A DNA stretch of 64,000 nt from Mycobacteriales bacterium (GTDB taxonomy: Bacteria; Actinomycetota; Actinomycetes; JAFAQI01): assembly GCA_035550315.1 (NCBI GenBank), contig DASZPL010000135.1, positions 27,379 to 91,378 of the forward strand, read 5' to 3'. Made by a program: the position numbers and the translations under genes. This document shows positions 12,960-22,253 of the stretch, piece by piece; positions within the stretch are counted from its first letter, which is position 1; the number at the start of each line of letters is the position of its first letter. The notes beneath the pieces were generated by a model. The model worked only from the letters and a program-made list of their open reading frames with translations, made no database searches and was not told the DNA's origin.

Positions 12960-13888
12960 CCCGCGTGGCCGCGATCGACTGCGGCACCAACTCGCTCCGC
13001 TTGCTGATTGCCGACGTCGTTGCCGGCAGCACGCCGGAGCTGGTCGACGTCGACCGCCGGATGGAGATCGTGCGGCTCGGGGAGGGCGTCGACCGCACCG
13101 GTCAGTTCGCGCCGGCGGCGCTGCACCGGACGTTCGGCGTGCTCGACGACTATGCCGCGACGATCGCGCGCACCGGCGCGCAGCGGGTGCGGATGGTGGC
13201 CACTAGCGCCACCCGCGACGCCGGCAACCAGCAGGACTTCATCGACGGTGTGGTCGAGCGGCTCGGCATCGAGCCGGACGTCGTGACGGGTGCGGAGGAG
13301 GCGGCGCTGTCGTTCGACGGCGCCACCCACGAGCTGCCCGGCGCGGCGGCTGCCGCGCCGTACCTCGTCGTCGACATCGGCGGCGGTTCCACCGAGTTCA
13401 TCGTCGGTGACCAGGATGGCGTGACCGCGGCGCGGTCGGTCGACGTCGGCTGCGTCCGGCTGACCGAGCGGCACTTCCGTGACGACCCGCCGACCGCCGA
13501 GCAGGTTGCCGCCGCGGTCGCCGACGTGGAGGCGGCGCTGGATGCGGTTGCCGAAACCGTGCCCATCGACCGGGCGAAGACGTTGATCGGGCTGGCCGGC
13601 ACGGTGACCACGGTGACTGCCATCGTTCTGGACTTGCCCGAGTACGACGCCGCCCGGATCCATCACGCCACGGTCGCCGCGGGCGACGTGCACCGCGTGA
13701 CCGAGCAACTGCTGGCCGCCACGCATGCGGAACGTGCCGCGATGCCGGTGATGCACCCCGGCCGGGTGGACGTGATCGCGGGCGGCGCGGTCGTGCTGGA
13801 CGCGGTGATCCGCCGCAGTGGGGCCGCCGCGATGCTCGCCAGCGAGCACGACATCCTCGACGGCATCGCCTGGTCGTTGGCCGGTTGA
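12944..13888 (+). CDS. ppx: exopolyphosphatase / Ppx-GppA family phosphatase
   Basis: RVAAIDCGTNSLRLLIAD and DIGGGSTEF are ASKHA-fold phosphatase motifs. GTG 12944; GTG 12956 with a GTGA overlap is an alternative. Confidence 0.85.
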   Translation: MRDAVTRVAAIDCGTNSLRLLIADVVAGSTPELVDVDRRMEIVRLGEGVDRTGQFAPAALHRTFGVLDDYAATIARTGAQRVRMVATSATRDAGNQQDFIDGVVERLGIEPDVVTGAEEAALSFDGATHELPGAAAAAPYLVVDIGGGSTEFIVGDQDGVTAARSVDVGCVRLTERHFRDDPPTAEQVAAAVADVEAALDAVAETVPIDRAKTLIGLAGTVTTVTAIVLDLPEYDAARIHHATVAAGDVHRVTEQLLAATHAERAAMPVMHPGRVDVIAGGAVVLDAVIRRSGAAAMLASEHDILDGIAWSLAG

Positions 13889-14733
13889 GCGGCTGCGGCG
13901 CCGCCGTGGCGGTGCCGAGAATCGAGCCGGCTGCGTGGTGGGATGGCCGGGTGGTGGTCGCACCAGGCAGCGGATGGCCCGGCGACCCCGCCGACCGGTT
14001 GACGCCGGTCGCCACCACGGCCGACGACGTCGTGCGGCTGGCGGCGAGCGCGCCGTCACTCGACCATCTGACGGCCCGGGTCTCGGTCTGCCGGGCCTGC
14101 CCCCGCCTGGTCGAGTGGCGCGAGCAGGTCGCGGTCACCAAGCGCGCCGCGTTCGCCTCCGACACCTACTGGGGGCGGCCGGTGCCGGGCTGGGGGCCGG
14201 CGCGCGCCCGGATCGCGGTACTCGGGCTGGCGCCGGCTGCGCACGGCGGCAACCGCACCGGCCGGATCTTCACCGGCGACCGCAGCGGCGACTGGTTGTT
14301 CGCGGCGCTGTATCGCGCGGGGCTCGCGACCAAGCCGACCTCGGTCAGCGCCGCCGACGGGCAGCGGCTGCTCGACGTACGGATCCTGGCCGCGGTGCGG
14401 TGCGCGCCGCCGGCGAACAAGCCGACGACGCAGGAGCGTGACACCTGCGCCGGCTGGTTGGTGCGTGAGCTCGACTACCTGCGCCCCACGCTGCGGGTCG
14501 TGGTCGTGTTGGGCGGATTCGCCTGGGCGGCGCTGTGGCCGGCGCTCGCCGCGGCGGGCTACGACGTGCCCCGCCAGCGCCCCGGTTTCGGGCACCTGAC
14601 CGAGGTCGGTGTCGGCGGCGGACTGCTCGTGCTCGGCTGCTACCACCCCAGCCAGCAGAACACGTTCACCGGCAAGCTGACCGAGCCGATGCTCGACGCG
14701 GTGTTCGCCCGCGCTCGCGGCAACGTCGGCTAG
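13885..14733 (+). CDS. uracil-DNA glycosylase, family 4/5 (UdgB-like)
   Basis: Carries CRACPRLVEWRE...WGRPVPGWG...LGLAPAAHGGNRTGRIFTGDRSG...GCYHPSQQN. TTG start overlaps the ppx stop. Confidence 0.8.
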   Translation: MSGCGAAVAVPRIEPAAWWDGRVVVAPGSGWPGDPADRLTPVATTADDVVRLAASAPSLDHLTARVSVCRACPRLVEWREQVAVTKRAAFASDTYWGRPVPGWGPARARIAVLGLAPAAHGGNRTGRIFTGDRSGDWLFAALYRAGLATKPTSVSAADGQRLLDVRILAAVRCAPPANKPTTQERDTCAGWLVRELDYLRPTLRVVVVLGGFAWAALWPALAAAGYDVPRQRPGFGHLTEVGVGGGLLVLGCYHPSQQNTFTGKLTEPMLDAVFARARGNVG

Positions 14734-16133
14734 TACGTCGCGAGCGATCGCACCGGCTGCCCGACCAGCCAGGCCAACGCTTCTTCCGGATCCAGCGGCC
14801 GGGCGAAGTAGAAACCTTGACCGTCGGCGACGCCGAGGCTGCGAAGCTGATCCGCCTGCTCGACCAGCTCGACGCCTTCCGCGACGGTCTCCAGTCCGAG
14901 TGAGCGGCACAGCTCGACGATGGCGTGCACGACCGCCCGGTCCTGCGGCAGCTCGTGCACCGAGGTGACGAACGTCTGGTCGATCTTCACCTCCTGCACC
15001 GGCAGGCCGCGCAGCTGATGCAACGACGAGTAGCCGGTGCCGAAGTCGTCGATCGCAAGCCGCACCCCGAGGTTGCGGAACTGGCCGAGCACCTCGACGC
15101 TGCGGGTGCGGTGCGCGAGGACGCTGCTCTCCGTGATCTCGAGCGTCAACCACCGCGGCTCCAGGTTGCTCGCCGCGAGCAGCGCTCCGACCTGGCCGAC
15201 GAGTGCAGGGCTGTCGAGGCTGCGGGCCGACAGGTTGACCGCGACGCCAACCGGTTTGCCGGCGTCGTGCCACGACCGGCAGGCGACCAGCGCCCGCCGC
15301 AGCACGGTGGTGGTGAGGGTGGAGATCAGCCCGGTGGCCTCCGCCAGCGGGACGAACTCGTCCGGCGCCAGCTCACCCAGCGTCGGATGCGTCCATCGCA
15401 CCAACGCCTCGAAGCCGGCAACCTCGCCGGTCGTCAGGCTGACCTTCGGCTGGTAGGCGAGCCGCAACGAGCCGTCACCCAGCGCTTCGCGCAGGCCGGT
15501 CAGCACCTGCAGCCGGCGGGCACCGTCGCGCTCGTCGCCGGGCTCCCACTCGGCGATGCCCGATGCCGTCCCGGCCGCGGTGGTCATCGCCAGCTCGGCG
15601 CGTCGCAGCAGATCGGCGGCGCCGCTGCCGTGATCCGGCGAACGCGCGATGCCCATCGCGACCCGGACGTCGGCGTTGAGGTCGGCGAACCGGATCGACC
15701 CTTCCACCCGGCCCTTCACCGCCATCGCGTTGAGCCGGCCGATCTCGCTGCCGACGGCGCCCGGCACCGCCACTGCGAACTGGTCGGCAGCCACCCGGGC
15801 GATCAGCGAGCCGGGCGCGGGGGCGCCGGCCAGCCGCTCGGCCACCTCGACCAGGATCTGGTCGCCGGCGTCGTGGCCGAGCATCTCGTTGACGTCGTGG
15901 AACCGTTCGATGTCGAGCAGCAGCAAGACGCCGCCGCCGGCGCCGTCGAAGCCGGTGTCGAGGAAGCCGCGGAGCCGGTCCAGGCTGGCGAGTCCGGTCA
16001 GCGAGTCGCGGGCACCGACGTCGCGCAGCCGGTCGGCGAGCGCGGCCTCGCGCGCGAGCAACTCGGTCTCGCGAGCAGCCAGCGCGGCTTCTCGTTCGGC
16101 AAGGACGCGTTCTCGCGCGCGGCGTCCCCTCAC
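14730..16133 (-). CDS. GGDEF(degenerate)-EAL c-di-GMP phosphodiesterase-type protein
   Basis: EAL-domain motifs are intact (FEALVRW, DDFGTGYSSL, VKIDQTFV, VAEGVE). The GGDEF position reads AADQF. The N-terminus is a short Arg/Glu/Ala coiled coil with no sensor domain. Confidence 0.85.
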   Translation of the reverse strand: MRGRRARERVLAEREAALAARETELLAREAALADRLRDVGARDSLTGLASLDRLRGFLDTGFDGAGGGVLLLLDIERFHDVNEMLGHDAGDQILVEVAERLAGAPAPGSLIARVAADQFAVAVPGAVGSEIGRLNAMAVKGRVEGSIRFADLNADVRVAMGIARSPDHGSGAADLLRRAELAMTTAAGTASGIAEWEPGDERDGARRLQVLTGLREALGDGSLRLAYQPKVSLTTGEVAGFEALVRWTHPTLGELAPDEFVPLAEATGLISTLTTTVLRRALVACRSWHDAGKPVGVAVNLSARSLDSPALVGQVGALLAASNLEPRWLTLEITESSVLAHRTRSVEVLGQFRNLGVRLAIDDFGTGYSSLHQLRGLPVQEVKIDQTFVTSVHELPQDRAVVHAIVELCRSLGLETVAEGVELVEQADQLRSLGVADGQGFYFARPLDPEEALAWLVGQPVRSLATY

Positions 16134-16218
16134 GATCCGATGTTAGCCGCGTGACCCCTGTGACACTGATCTCCGCGCTTCGCGGTACCCATCATGATGG
16201 CGGGGTAAGGAGGGCGCC

Positions 16219-17538
16219 ATGGCTGGCAGCGCTAGACCGCCGCGGATCCTGATCGTGGGCGGCGGCTACGTCGGGATGTACACCGCATTGCGGTTGCAGC
16301 GAAAGCTGCACCGCGGCGAGGCCGCGATCACGATCGTCGACCCGCAGTCGTACATGACGTATCAGCCGTTCCTGCCCGAGTCGGCGGCCGGCAGCCTCGA
16401 GCCGCGCCATGTGGTGGTGCCACTGCGACGGGTGCTCAAGCGCTGCGAGGTGCTGGTCGGCCGGATTACGTCGATCGACCACGCCAACCGGACCGCGCAG
16501 TTCGATCCGTCCGAGGGCGAGGGACGCGAGCTGCCCTACGACATCCTCGTGATGGCGCCGGGATCGATCGCGCGGACGCTACCGATCCCCGGCTTGGCCG
16601 AGGTCGGCATCGGCTTCAAGACCGTCGCGGAGGCGATCTACCTGCGCAACCGGGTGTTGGCGAAACTCGACTTGGCGGCCTCGACGGAGGATCCGCGGAT
16701 CCGACGGCGCGCGCTGACGTTCGTGTTCATCGGCGGCGGTTACGCCGGCATCGAGGCGATCGCCGAGCTGCAGGACATGGCGCGGGACGCGACCCGCTAC
16801 TTCCACCGGGTCCAACCGTCGGACATGCGGTGGATCATGATCGAAGCGACCGGCCGGATCCTGCCGGAGGTCAGCGAAGGGCTGGCGGAGTACACGGTCC
16901 GCGAGCTGGCCAAGCAGGGCGTCGAAGTACGCCGCAACACCAAGGTCACGAGCCTCGCGGACGGGTGCGTCGAGCTCTCCGACGGCGAGCGGTTCGAGGC
17001 GGAGACCGTCGTGTGGACCGCCGGTGTGCGGCCGAACCCATTGCTCGAGCAGACCGACCTGCCGCTCGACGAGAAGACGCGGCTGCGCTGCCGTGCCGAC
17101 CTGCGCGTCGACGGGGTCGAGGATGCCTGGTCGGCCGGCGACTGCGCGGCCGTGCCCGACCTGACGAAGTCCGATCCCGACGCGATGTGCGGCCCGACCG
17201 CGCAGCACGCCGTCCGGCAGGCCAAGCAACTCGGCGACAACATCGTGGCGAGCCTGCGTGGCAAGCCGGTGCGCGACTACAAGCACGCGTACGCCGGGTC
17301 GGTCGCCAGCCTCGGCCTGCACCGCGGCGTCGCCGAGGTCTACGGCATCCGGGTGCGCGGCCTGCCGGCGTGGTTCATGCACCGCACCTATCACCTGGCG
17401 CGGGTGCCGACCACCAACCGAAAGTTCCGGGTCACCATCGACTGGACCCTGGCGCTATTCTTCCGGCGCGAAATCGTGTCGTTCGGCTCGTTCACTAACC
17501 CGCGCGCTGAGTTCACGGCCGCAACCACGAAGCACTAA
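16219..17538 (+). CDS. ndh: type II NADH dehydrogenase / FAD-dependent pyridine nucleotide-disulfide oxidoreductase
   Basis: PRILIVGGGYVGMY is the first Rossmann motif and FIGGGYAGIE the second. 439 aa with NDH-2-like organisation. Confidence 0.8.
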   Translation: MAGSARPPRILIVGGGYVGMYTALRLQRKLHRGEAAITIVDPQSYMTYQPFLPESAAGSLEPRHVVVPLRRVLKRCEVLVGRITSIDHANRTAQFDPSEGEGRELPYDILVMAPGSIARTLPIPGLAEVGIGFKTVAEAIYLRNRVLAKLDLAASTEDPRIRRRALTFVFIGGGYAGIEAIAELQDMARDATRYFHRVQPSDMRWIMIEATGRILPEVSEGLAEYTVRELAKQGVEVRRNTKVTSLADGCVELSDGERFEAETVVWTAGVRPNPLLEQTDLPLDEKTRLRCRADLRVDGVEDAWSAGDCAAVPDLTKSDPDAMCGPTAQHAVRQAKQLGDNIVASLRGKPVRDYKHAYAGSVASLGLHRGVAEVYGIRVRGLPAWFMHRTYHLARVPTTNRKFRVTIDWTLALFFRREIVSFGSFTNPRAEFTAATTKH

Positions 17539-17552
17539 CGTCAGCAGCGCCC

Positions 17553-17635
17553 GCCCGGATGGCGCAACGGCTGACGCAGGAGCCTTAAAAGCTCTGGCCC
17601 GCAAGGGCGTGTGGGTTCGAATCCCACTCCGGGCA
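17553..17635 (+). tRNA. tRNA-Leu (anticodon TAA, reads UUA)
   Basis: Hand-folded 83-nt class II tRNA. Acceptor stem GCCCGGA/TCCGGGC, anticodon stem GGAGC/GCTCT with loop CTTAAAA, a 15-nt variable arm, and T arm GTGGG-TTCGAAT-CCCAC. Confidence 0.85.
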
Positions 17636-17664
17636 CGTCGTGCGAGTGAGACCGAGGAGAGGTA

Positions 17665-18141
17665 ATGACCAAGGCTGAGGATGCTTTCGCGCTGTTTCAG
17701 GCCGCCGTCGGACAGCCCGAGGGCACCGGCGAGTGGTTCGAGGTGACGCAGGACCGGATCAACGCGTTCGCCGACGTCACCGAAGACCACCAGTTCATCC
17801 ACGTCGACCCGAAGCAGGCCGCCGACCTATCCCCGTGGGGCACGACCATCGCGCACGGCTTCCTGACGCTGTCGCTGCTGACGCACCTGTCGCACTCCAT
17901 CCAGCAGCCGGCCGAGCGGTTCGACGGCGTCGTGATGGGGGTCAACTACGGCTTCGAGAAGGTGCGCTTCATCAGCCCGGTCAAGGTCGGGTCGAAGATC
18001 CGGGTCAGCAGCGTGCTCGCGGCGGCCGAGCTGAAAGACCCCAACAACGTGCAGATCACCCGGACGATGACGGTGGAGATCGACGGTGAGTCGAAGCCGG
18101 CACTGGTCGCCGACTGGATCACCCGAATCGTCTACGGCTGA
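17665..18141 (+). CDS. MaoC-like (R)-specific enoyl-CoA hydratase/dehydratase
   Basis: 158 aa. INAFADVTEDHQFIHVDPKQA and ...TIAHGF are hot-dog MaoC motifs. GAGGAGAGG SD upstream. Confidence 0.8.
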   Translation: MTKAEDAFALFQAAVGQPEGTGEWFEVTQDRINAFADVTEDHQFIHVDPKQAADLSPWGTTIAHGFLTLSLLTHLSHSIQQPAERFDGVVMGVNYGFEKVRFISPVKVGSKIRVSSVLAAAELKDPNNVQITRTMTVEIDGESKPALVADWITRIVYG

Positions 18142-18163
18142 GCAGCGCAATCCCGCGCGCGGC

Positions 18164-18577
18164 TCAGCCCGCGACATCCGGGCCGGCGCGCGTGAGCGCG
18201 AGCCGCAGCAGCACCCGCTGGTCGCGCTCCATCGCCGCGCGGTAGTCGTCCCAGTCCGGGTGCTCGCCTGACACCGAGCGGTAGTAGGCGATCAGCCCGT
18301 CCATGGCTTCCGGCAGGCTGACCACGGTTACCGCGCCCTCGACCTGCACCCAACGGCCACCGAAGAACTTGTCCGGGAAGACGCAGATCCACGCGCGCGG
18401 GTCACGGCGTACGTTCTTGGTCTTCATCGCGGGCTCGCGCGAGGACACCACGACGTACCCCTCGTCGTCGACGGAGGCAGTCACCGGCGACAGCTGCGGA
18501 GTGCCGTCGGCGCGCATCGTCGCCATGACGGCGTGGTGCTGAGTGCGGATCACATCGCGGGCTTCGTCGAGGTCCAT
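18164..18577 (-). CDS. pyridoxamine 5'-phosphate oxidase (PPOX) family protein, possibly F420-dependent
   Basis: Internal ATG at 18577 gives MDLDEARDVIRTQHHAVMATMRADGTPQLSPV..., a typical PPOX split-barrel N-terminus. The upstream 58 codons of the track ORF are Arg/Pro-rich non-coding-like sequence. Confidence 0.7.
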   Translation of the reverse strand: MDLDEARDVIRTQHHAVMATMRADGTPQLSPVTASVDDEGYVVVSSREPAMKTKNVRRDPRAWICVFPDKFFGGRWVQVEGAVTVVSLPEAMDGLIAYYRSVSGEHPDWDDYRAAMERDQRVLLRLALTRAGPDVAG

Positions 18578-18603
18578 GACCGCGCAACGAGCCCGCGGCG
18601 CGG

Positions 18604-18831
18604 CTAATTCCGGTTGGCCGCGCGGCGCCGGTCGTGCTCGTGGACGATGGCGCGGGCATAGCCGTGCGGCAGGCCGTGCTCGTCGCGAAGCCAGGTGACC
18701 CGTTCGTCGAAGCGCAGCAACGCCGGGCCGGCGTCCAGGCAGCCGAACCAACTCGTCAGGTCACGCCCCGTGGCGTCGGGGATCCTCGCCAGCAGCGACT
18801 GGTGGGTGTCCTCGGAACGGGGCATCGACAT
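18604..18831 (-). CDS. DUF4287 domain protein
   Basis: GGAGGA SD precedes ATG 18831. The 75-aa product MSMPRSEDTHQSLLARIPDATGRDL..WLRDEHGLPHGYARAIV resembles DUF4287. Confidence 0.6.
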   Translation of the reverse strand: MSMPRSEDTHQSLLARIPDATGRDLTSWFGCLDAGPALLRFDERVTWLRDEHGLPHGYARAIVHEHDRRRAANRN

Positions 18832-18925
18832 TGGTCCTCCCGGCGCAGGCGGCTGACGGCTGGTCCCGTTAGGGTGCCCCACTCCGGGGTCCCCGGACAA
18901 GGGACGGCTGGCTACCCTTCGCCGG

Positions 18926-19258
18926 GTGGCGGCGGAGCCGGTTGAGTACGACGAACGGCTCGCGCTCACCGCGGCCGAACTGGATCGGCTCGCGACTAGA
19001 TTGCGCCGGCTCAGCGCGGCGGCGTGGACCACGCGTCGTGCCCCGGTCGTCGCGTTGCTCCGGCAGCTGGCGGACGTCGAGCGGAGTGTCTCCCGCGGCT
19101 CGCCCCACGACGTTCCGGCGGTGCCTGACCATGCAATGGGCGACGCCGTCGCCACGATCGGCGGCGACGCGCTCGACGTACTGTCCGGCTACCCGGACGA
19201 CCGGCAACTCGCGGTAATGCTGTCGGCGGTGCGTGCCGCCCTCGACGCGACCCGCTAG
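18926..19258 (+). CDS. hypothetical protein
   Basis: 110 aa with strong G/C third-position bias in this frame. No recognisable motif. 4-nt convergent overlap with the thiolase stop. Confidence 0.5.
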   Translation: MAAEPVEYDERLALTAAELDRLATRLRRLSAAAWTTRRAPVVALLRQLADVERSVSRGSPHDVPAVPDHAMGDAVATIGGDALDVLSGYPDDRQLAVMLSAVRAALDATR

Positions 19259-20478
19259 CTGAGCCGCTCCACGACCATGGCCATGCCCTGGCCGCCACCG
19301 ACGCACATCGTCTCCAGCCCGAACGTCTTGTCGTGGGTCTGCAGCGAGTTGATCAGCGTCGTCAAGATCCTGGCGCCGGTCATGCCGAACGGGTGACCCA
19401 GCGCGATCGCGCCGCCGTTGATATTCAGCTGGTCGCCGAACGGGTCGATGCCGATCTCACGAGCCGACGGGATGACCTGCGCGGCGAACGCCTCGTTGAT
19501 CTCGACCAGGTCGATGTCGTTGATCGACTTGCCGGCATGGGCGAGCGCGCTCTTCGTCGCCTCGATCGGCCCGAGTCCCATGATCTCCGGGCTGAGCGCC
19601 GAGACGCCGGTCGAGACGATGCGCGCCAGCGGGGTCAGGCCGAGCTCTTTCGCCCGCGTGTCGCTCATGATGACGACGGCCGCGGCGCCGTCGTTGAGCG
19701 GGCAGCAGTTGCCGGCGGTGACCGTGCCGTCCGGCCGGAACACCGGCTTCAGCGCCTGGACCGCTTCAAGCGTGACCCCCGCCCGCGGCCCGTCGTCCTT
19801 CGACACCTCGGTGCCGTCCGGCTTCGTCACCGGCGTCACCTCGCGGTCGAAGAAACCGTTGGCGATCGCCTTCTCGGCCAGGTTCTGTGACCGCACCCCG
19901 AACTCGTCCTGCTCCTGGCGCGACACGCCCTTCAATTGTGCGACGTTCTCGGCGGTCTGACCCATCGCGATGTAGACGTCCGGGATGTCGCCGGACTCCC
20001 GCGGATCGGACCAGGTGAAGTTGCCCTCGCCGGCCTTCGCCGAGCGCGCCTTCGCGTCCGCGAAGACCGGGTTCTCGGTGTCGGGGAGCGAGTCGCTGCT
20101 GCCCTTCGCGTACCGGCTGACGCACTCCACACCGGCGCTGACGAAGACGTCGCCCTCGCCGGCCTTGATCGCATGGAACGCCATCCGAGTCGACTGCAGG
20201 CTCGACGAGCAGTAGCGCGTGATCGTGGTACCGGGAACGTCGTCGAGGCCGAGCATGACGGCGATGACGCGGGCGATGTTGAACCCCTGCTCGCCACCCG
20301 GCAGGCCGCAGCCGACGATCAGGTCGTCGATCGTGTGCGGGTCGAGCTGCGGCACCTTGTCGAGTGCGGCCTGCACGATCGTCTTCGCCAGGTCATCCGG
20401 CCGGAAGTCGACGAGCGAGCCCTTGAAGGCGCGACCGATGGGGGAGCGAGCGGTCGCAACGACGACGGCCTCAGGCAT
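19255..20478 (-). CDS. acetyl-CoA C-acetyltransferase (thiolase)
   Basis: 407 aa with typical thiolase II motifs: active-site Cys region (YCSSSLQS), NINGGAIALGHPFGMTG, and CVGGGQG. Confidence 0.92.
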   Translation of the reverse strand: MPEAVVVATARSPIGRAFKGSLVDFRPDDLAKTIVQAALDKVPQLDPHTIDDLIVGCGLPGGEQGFNIARVIAVMLGLDDVPGTTITRYCSSSLQSTRMAFHAIKAGEGDVFVSAGVECVSRYAKGSSDSLPDTENPVFADAKARSAKAGEGNFTWSDPRESGDIPDVYIAMGQTAENVAQLKGVSRQEQDEFGVRSQNLAEKAIANGFFDREVTPVTKPDGTEVSKDDGPRAGVTLEAVQALKPVFRPDGTVTAGNCCPLNDGAAAVVIMSDTRAKELGLTPLARIVSTGVSALSPEIMGLGPIEATKSALAHAGKSINDIDLVEINEAFAAQVIPSAREIGIDPFGDQLNINGGAIALGHPFGMTGARILTTLINSLQTHDKTFGLETMCVGGGQGMAMVVERLS

Positions 20479-20528
20479 GGCAACTCCTCACGAGAGCGAG
20501 ACAGGCTTCCTACAGTACGTTCCCTGCA

Positions 20529-21899
20529 ATGGAGGTCTACGCCTCGGTCCTCGACCTGATCGGGAACACTCCGCTCGTCCGGCTGCGGAGCGTTGCCGGC
20601 AACGCTCCCGCTCCGGTCTTTGCCAAACTCGAGTACTTCAATCCGGGCGGCTCGGTCAAAGACCGGATCGCGACCCGGATGATCGACGCCGGCGAACGCA
20701 GCGGTGCGCTCCAGCCCGGCGGCACGATCGTCGAGCCCACGTCCGGCAACACCGGGATCGGGCTGGCCATCGTGGCCCAGCAGCGCGGCTACCGATGCGT
20801 CTTCGTCTGCCCCGACAAGGTGTCGCAAGACAAGATCAGCGTGCTCCGTGCCTACGGCGCGGAAGTCGTCGTCTGCCCCACCGCCGTCCCGCCCGACCAC
20901 CCTGACTCCTACTACAAGGTGTCGGATCGGATCGCCCGCGAGCGCCCCGGTGCCTGGAAGCCCGACCAGTACTCCAACCCCGGCAACCCGCAATCGCACT
21001 ACGAGACCACCGGGCCCGAGATCTGGCGGCAGACCGAGCAGCGCGTCACGCACTTCGTGGCCGGCGTCGGCACCGGCGGCACGATCAGCGGCGCCGGCCG
21101 ATTCCTGAAGGAGGCGTCGAACGGCAAGGTGCAGGTGATCGGAGCCGACCCTGAGGGCTCCGTCTACTCCGGCGGCACCGGCCGGCCCTACCTCGTGGAA
21201 GGCGTCGGCGAGGACATTTGGCCGCAGACCTACGACCGGACGATCTGCGACCAGGTCATCGCCGTCTCCGACGCCGACTCGTTCCTGATGACGCGGCGGC
21301 TGGCGGCCGAGGAGGGCATGCTCGTCGGCGGCTCCTGCGGGATGGCCGTCGTGGCTGCCGTCTCGGTCGCGCAGCGGCTCACGCCCGACGACCTCGTCGT
21401 CGTACTCCTCCCGGACGGCGGCCGCGGCTACCTGTCGAAGATCTTCAACGACGACTGGATGGCCGACTACGGCTTCCTCGCCAGCGCCGACCGGGCCGAG
21501 ACCGTCGGCGAGGTGCTCACCGGCAAGAGCGGCCAGCTGCCGGAGTTCGTGCACGTGCACCCCAACGAGACCGTGCGTGAGGCGGTCAACATCCTGCGGG
21601 AGTACGCCGTGTCCCAGATGCCGGTGGTGCGCGCCGAACCACCGGTGATGGTCGCCGAGGTAGTCGGGTCCGTCGTCGAGCGGGACCTGCTCGATGCGCT
21701 GTTCGCCGGCCGGGCCCGGCTGGCCGATCCGCTCGAACGGCACATGTCGGCACCGCTGCCGATGATCGGCGCGGGCGAACCGGTCGAGGCTGCCGTCAGC
21801 GCGCTACAGGATGCGGACGCGGCCGTGGTGTTGGACGACGGTCGACCGGTCGGCATCGTGACCCGCCAGGACCTGCTCGGCTTTCTCGCGTCGCGGTAA
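20529..21899 (+). CDS. cbs: cystathionine beta-synthase (PLP domain plus tandem CBS domains)
   Basis: LIGNTPLVRL and NPGGSVKDR carry the PLP lysine, followed by a GTGGT loop. The C-terminal pair of CBS domains is typical of actinobacterial Cbs. Confidence 0.88.
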   Translation: MEVYASVLDLIGNTPLVRLRSVAGNAPAPVFAKLEYFNPGGSVKDRIATRMIDAGERSGALQPGGTIVEPTSGNTGIGLAIVAQQRGYRCVFVCPDKVSQDKISVLRAYGAEVVVCPTAVPPDHPDSYYKVSDRIARERPGAWKPDQYSNPGNPQSHYETTGPEIWRQTEQRVTHFVAGVGTGGTISGAGRFLKEASNGKVQVIGADPEGSVYSGGTGRPYLVEGVGEDIWPQTYDRTICDQVIAVSDADSFLMTRRLAAEEGMLVGGSCGMAVVAAVSVAQRLTPDDLVVVLLPDGGRGYLSKIFNDDWMADYGFLASADRAETVGEVLTGKSGQLPEFVHVHPNETVREAVNILREYAVSQMPVVRAEPPVMVAEVVGSVVERDLLDALFAGRARLADPLERHMSAPLPMIGAGEPVEAAVSALQDADAAVVLDDGRPVGIVTRQDLLGFLASR

Positions 21900-21902
21900 C
21901 GC

Positions 21903-22024
21903 GGTGCTGGGGCGGTTGGCATATTCGCTCTGCGGTGCTGGGGGCGGTGGCATCTTCCGCTCTCGGTGCTGGGACAAAGAGCCCTTCGGGCTTTTGTCCA
22001 CGCATCCTCCGAGCGGAATATGCC
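21903..22024. repeat. tandem 31-nt repeat (2.3 copies), a stem-loop, and a distal complementary arm
   Basis: Copies at 21903-21933 and 21934-21964 share about 28 of 31 positions with one 1-nt offset; a partial copy lies at 21965-21973. A hairpin GGACAAAGAGCCC-TTCG-GGGCTTTTGTCC spans ~21972-21999. GAGCGGAATATGCC (22011-22024) is complementary to GGCATATTCGCTC (21918-21930) and, with one mismatch, to GGCATCTTCCGCTC (21949-21962). Confidence 0.75.
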
Positions 22025-22253
22025 ACCGCGTACTCGGCTCGTATGCGGCGGTTTGCTTGGTTGCCTAGCGCGACTCGTGTCGGGTTGGGCGACGTCGTGA
22101 GGGCGGGGCGTGAGTTGCTCTTGGCAACCGGGGTGGATCGGGGGTAGGGCGGCGGCGCGGGTCGTTGCGGTACACAGCGCGTGTCGGTGACGGGTTGTCC
22201 ACCGGTGGTGCCGAGTCGCGCTTCGCTTGGCGTTTGTGGGTCACGGTCGGTGG

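Noticed and set aside
17553-18200. tRNA-Leu (and tRNA-Gln at 979) as integration sites of a genomic island
   Set aside because: No integrase, excisionase or duplicated tRNA 3' end was found downstream. The flanking genes (ndh, MaoC, glmU) are ordinary core genes.
21903-21973. Possible CRISPR array
   Set aside because: There are only 2.3 directly abutting copies with no spacers and no cas genes anywhere in the window. It is a simple tandem repeat, not a CRISPR.
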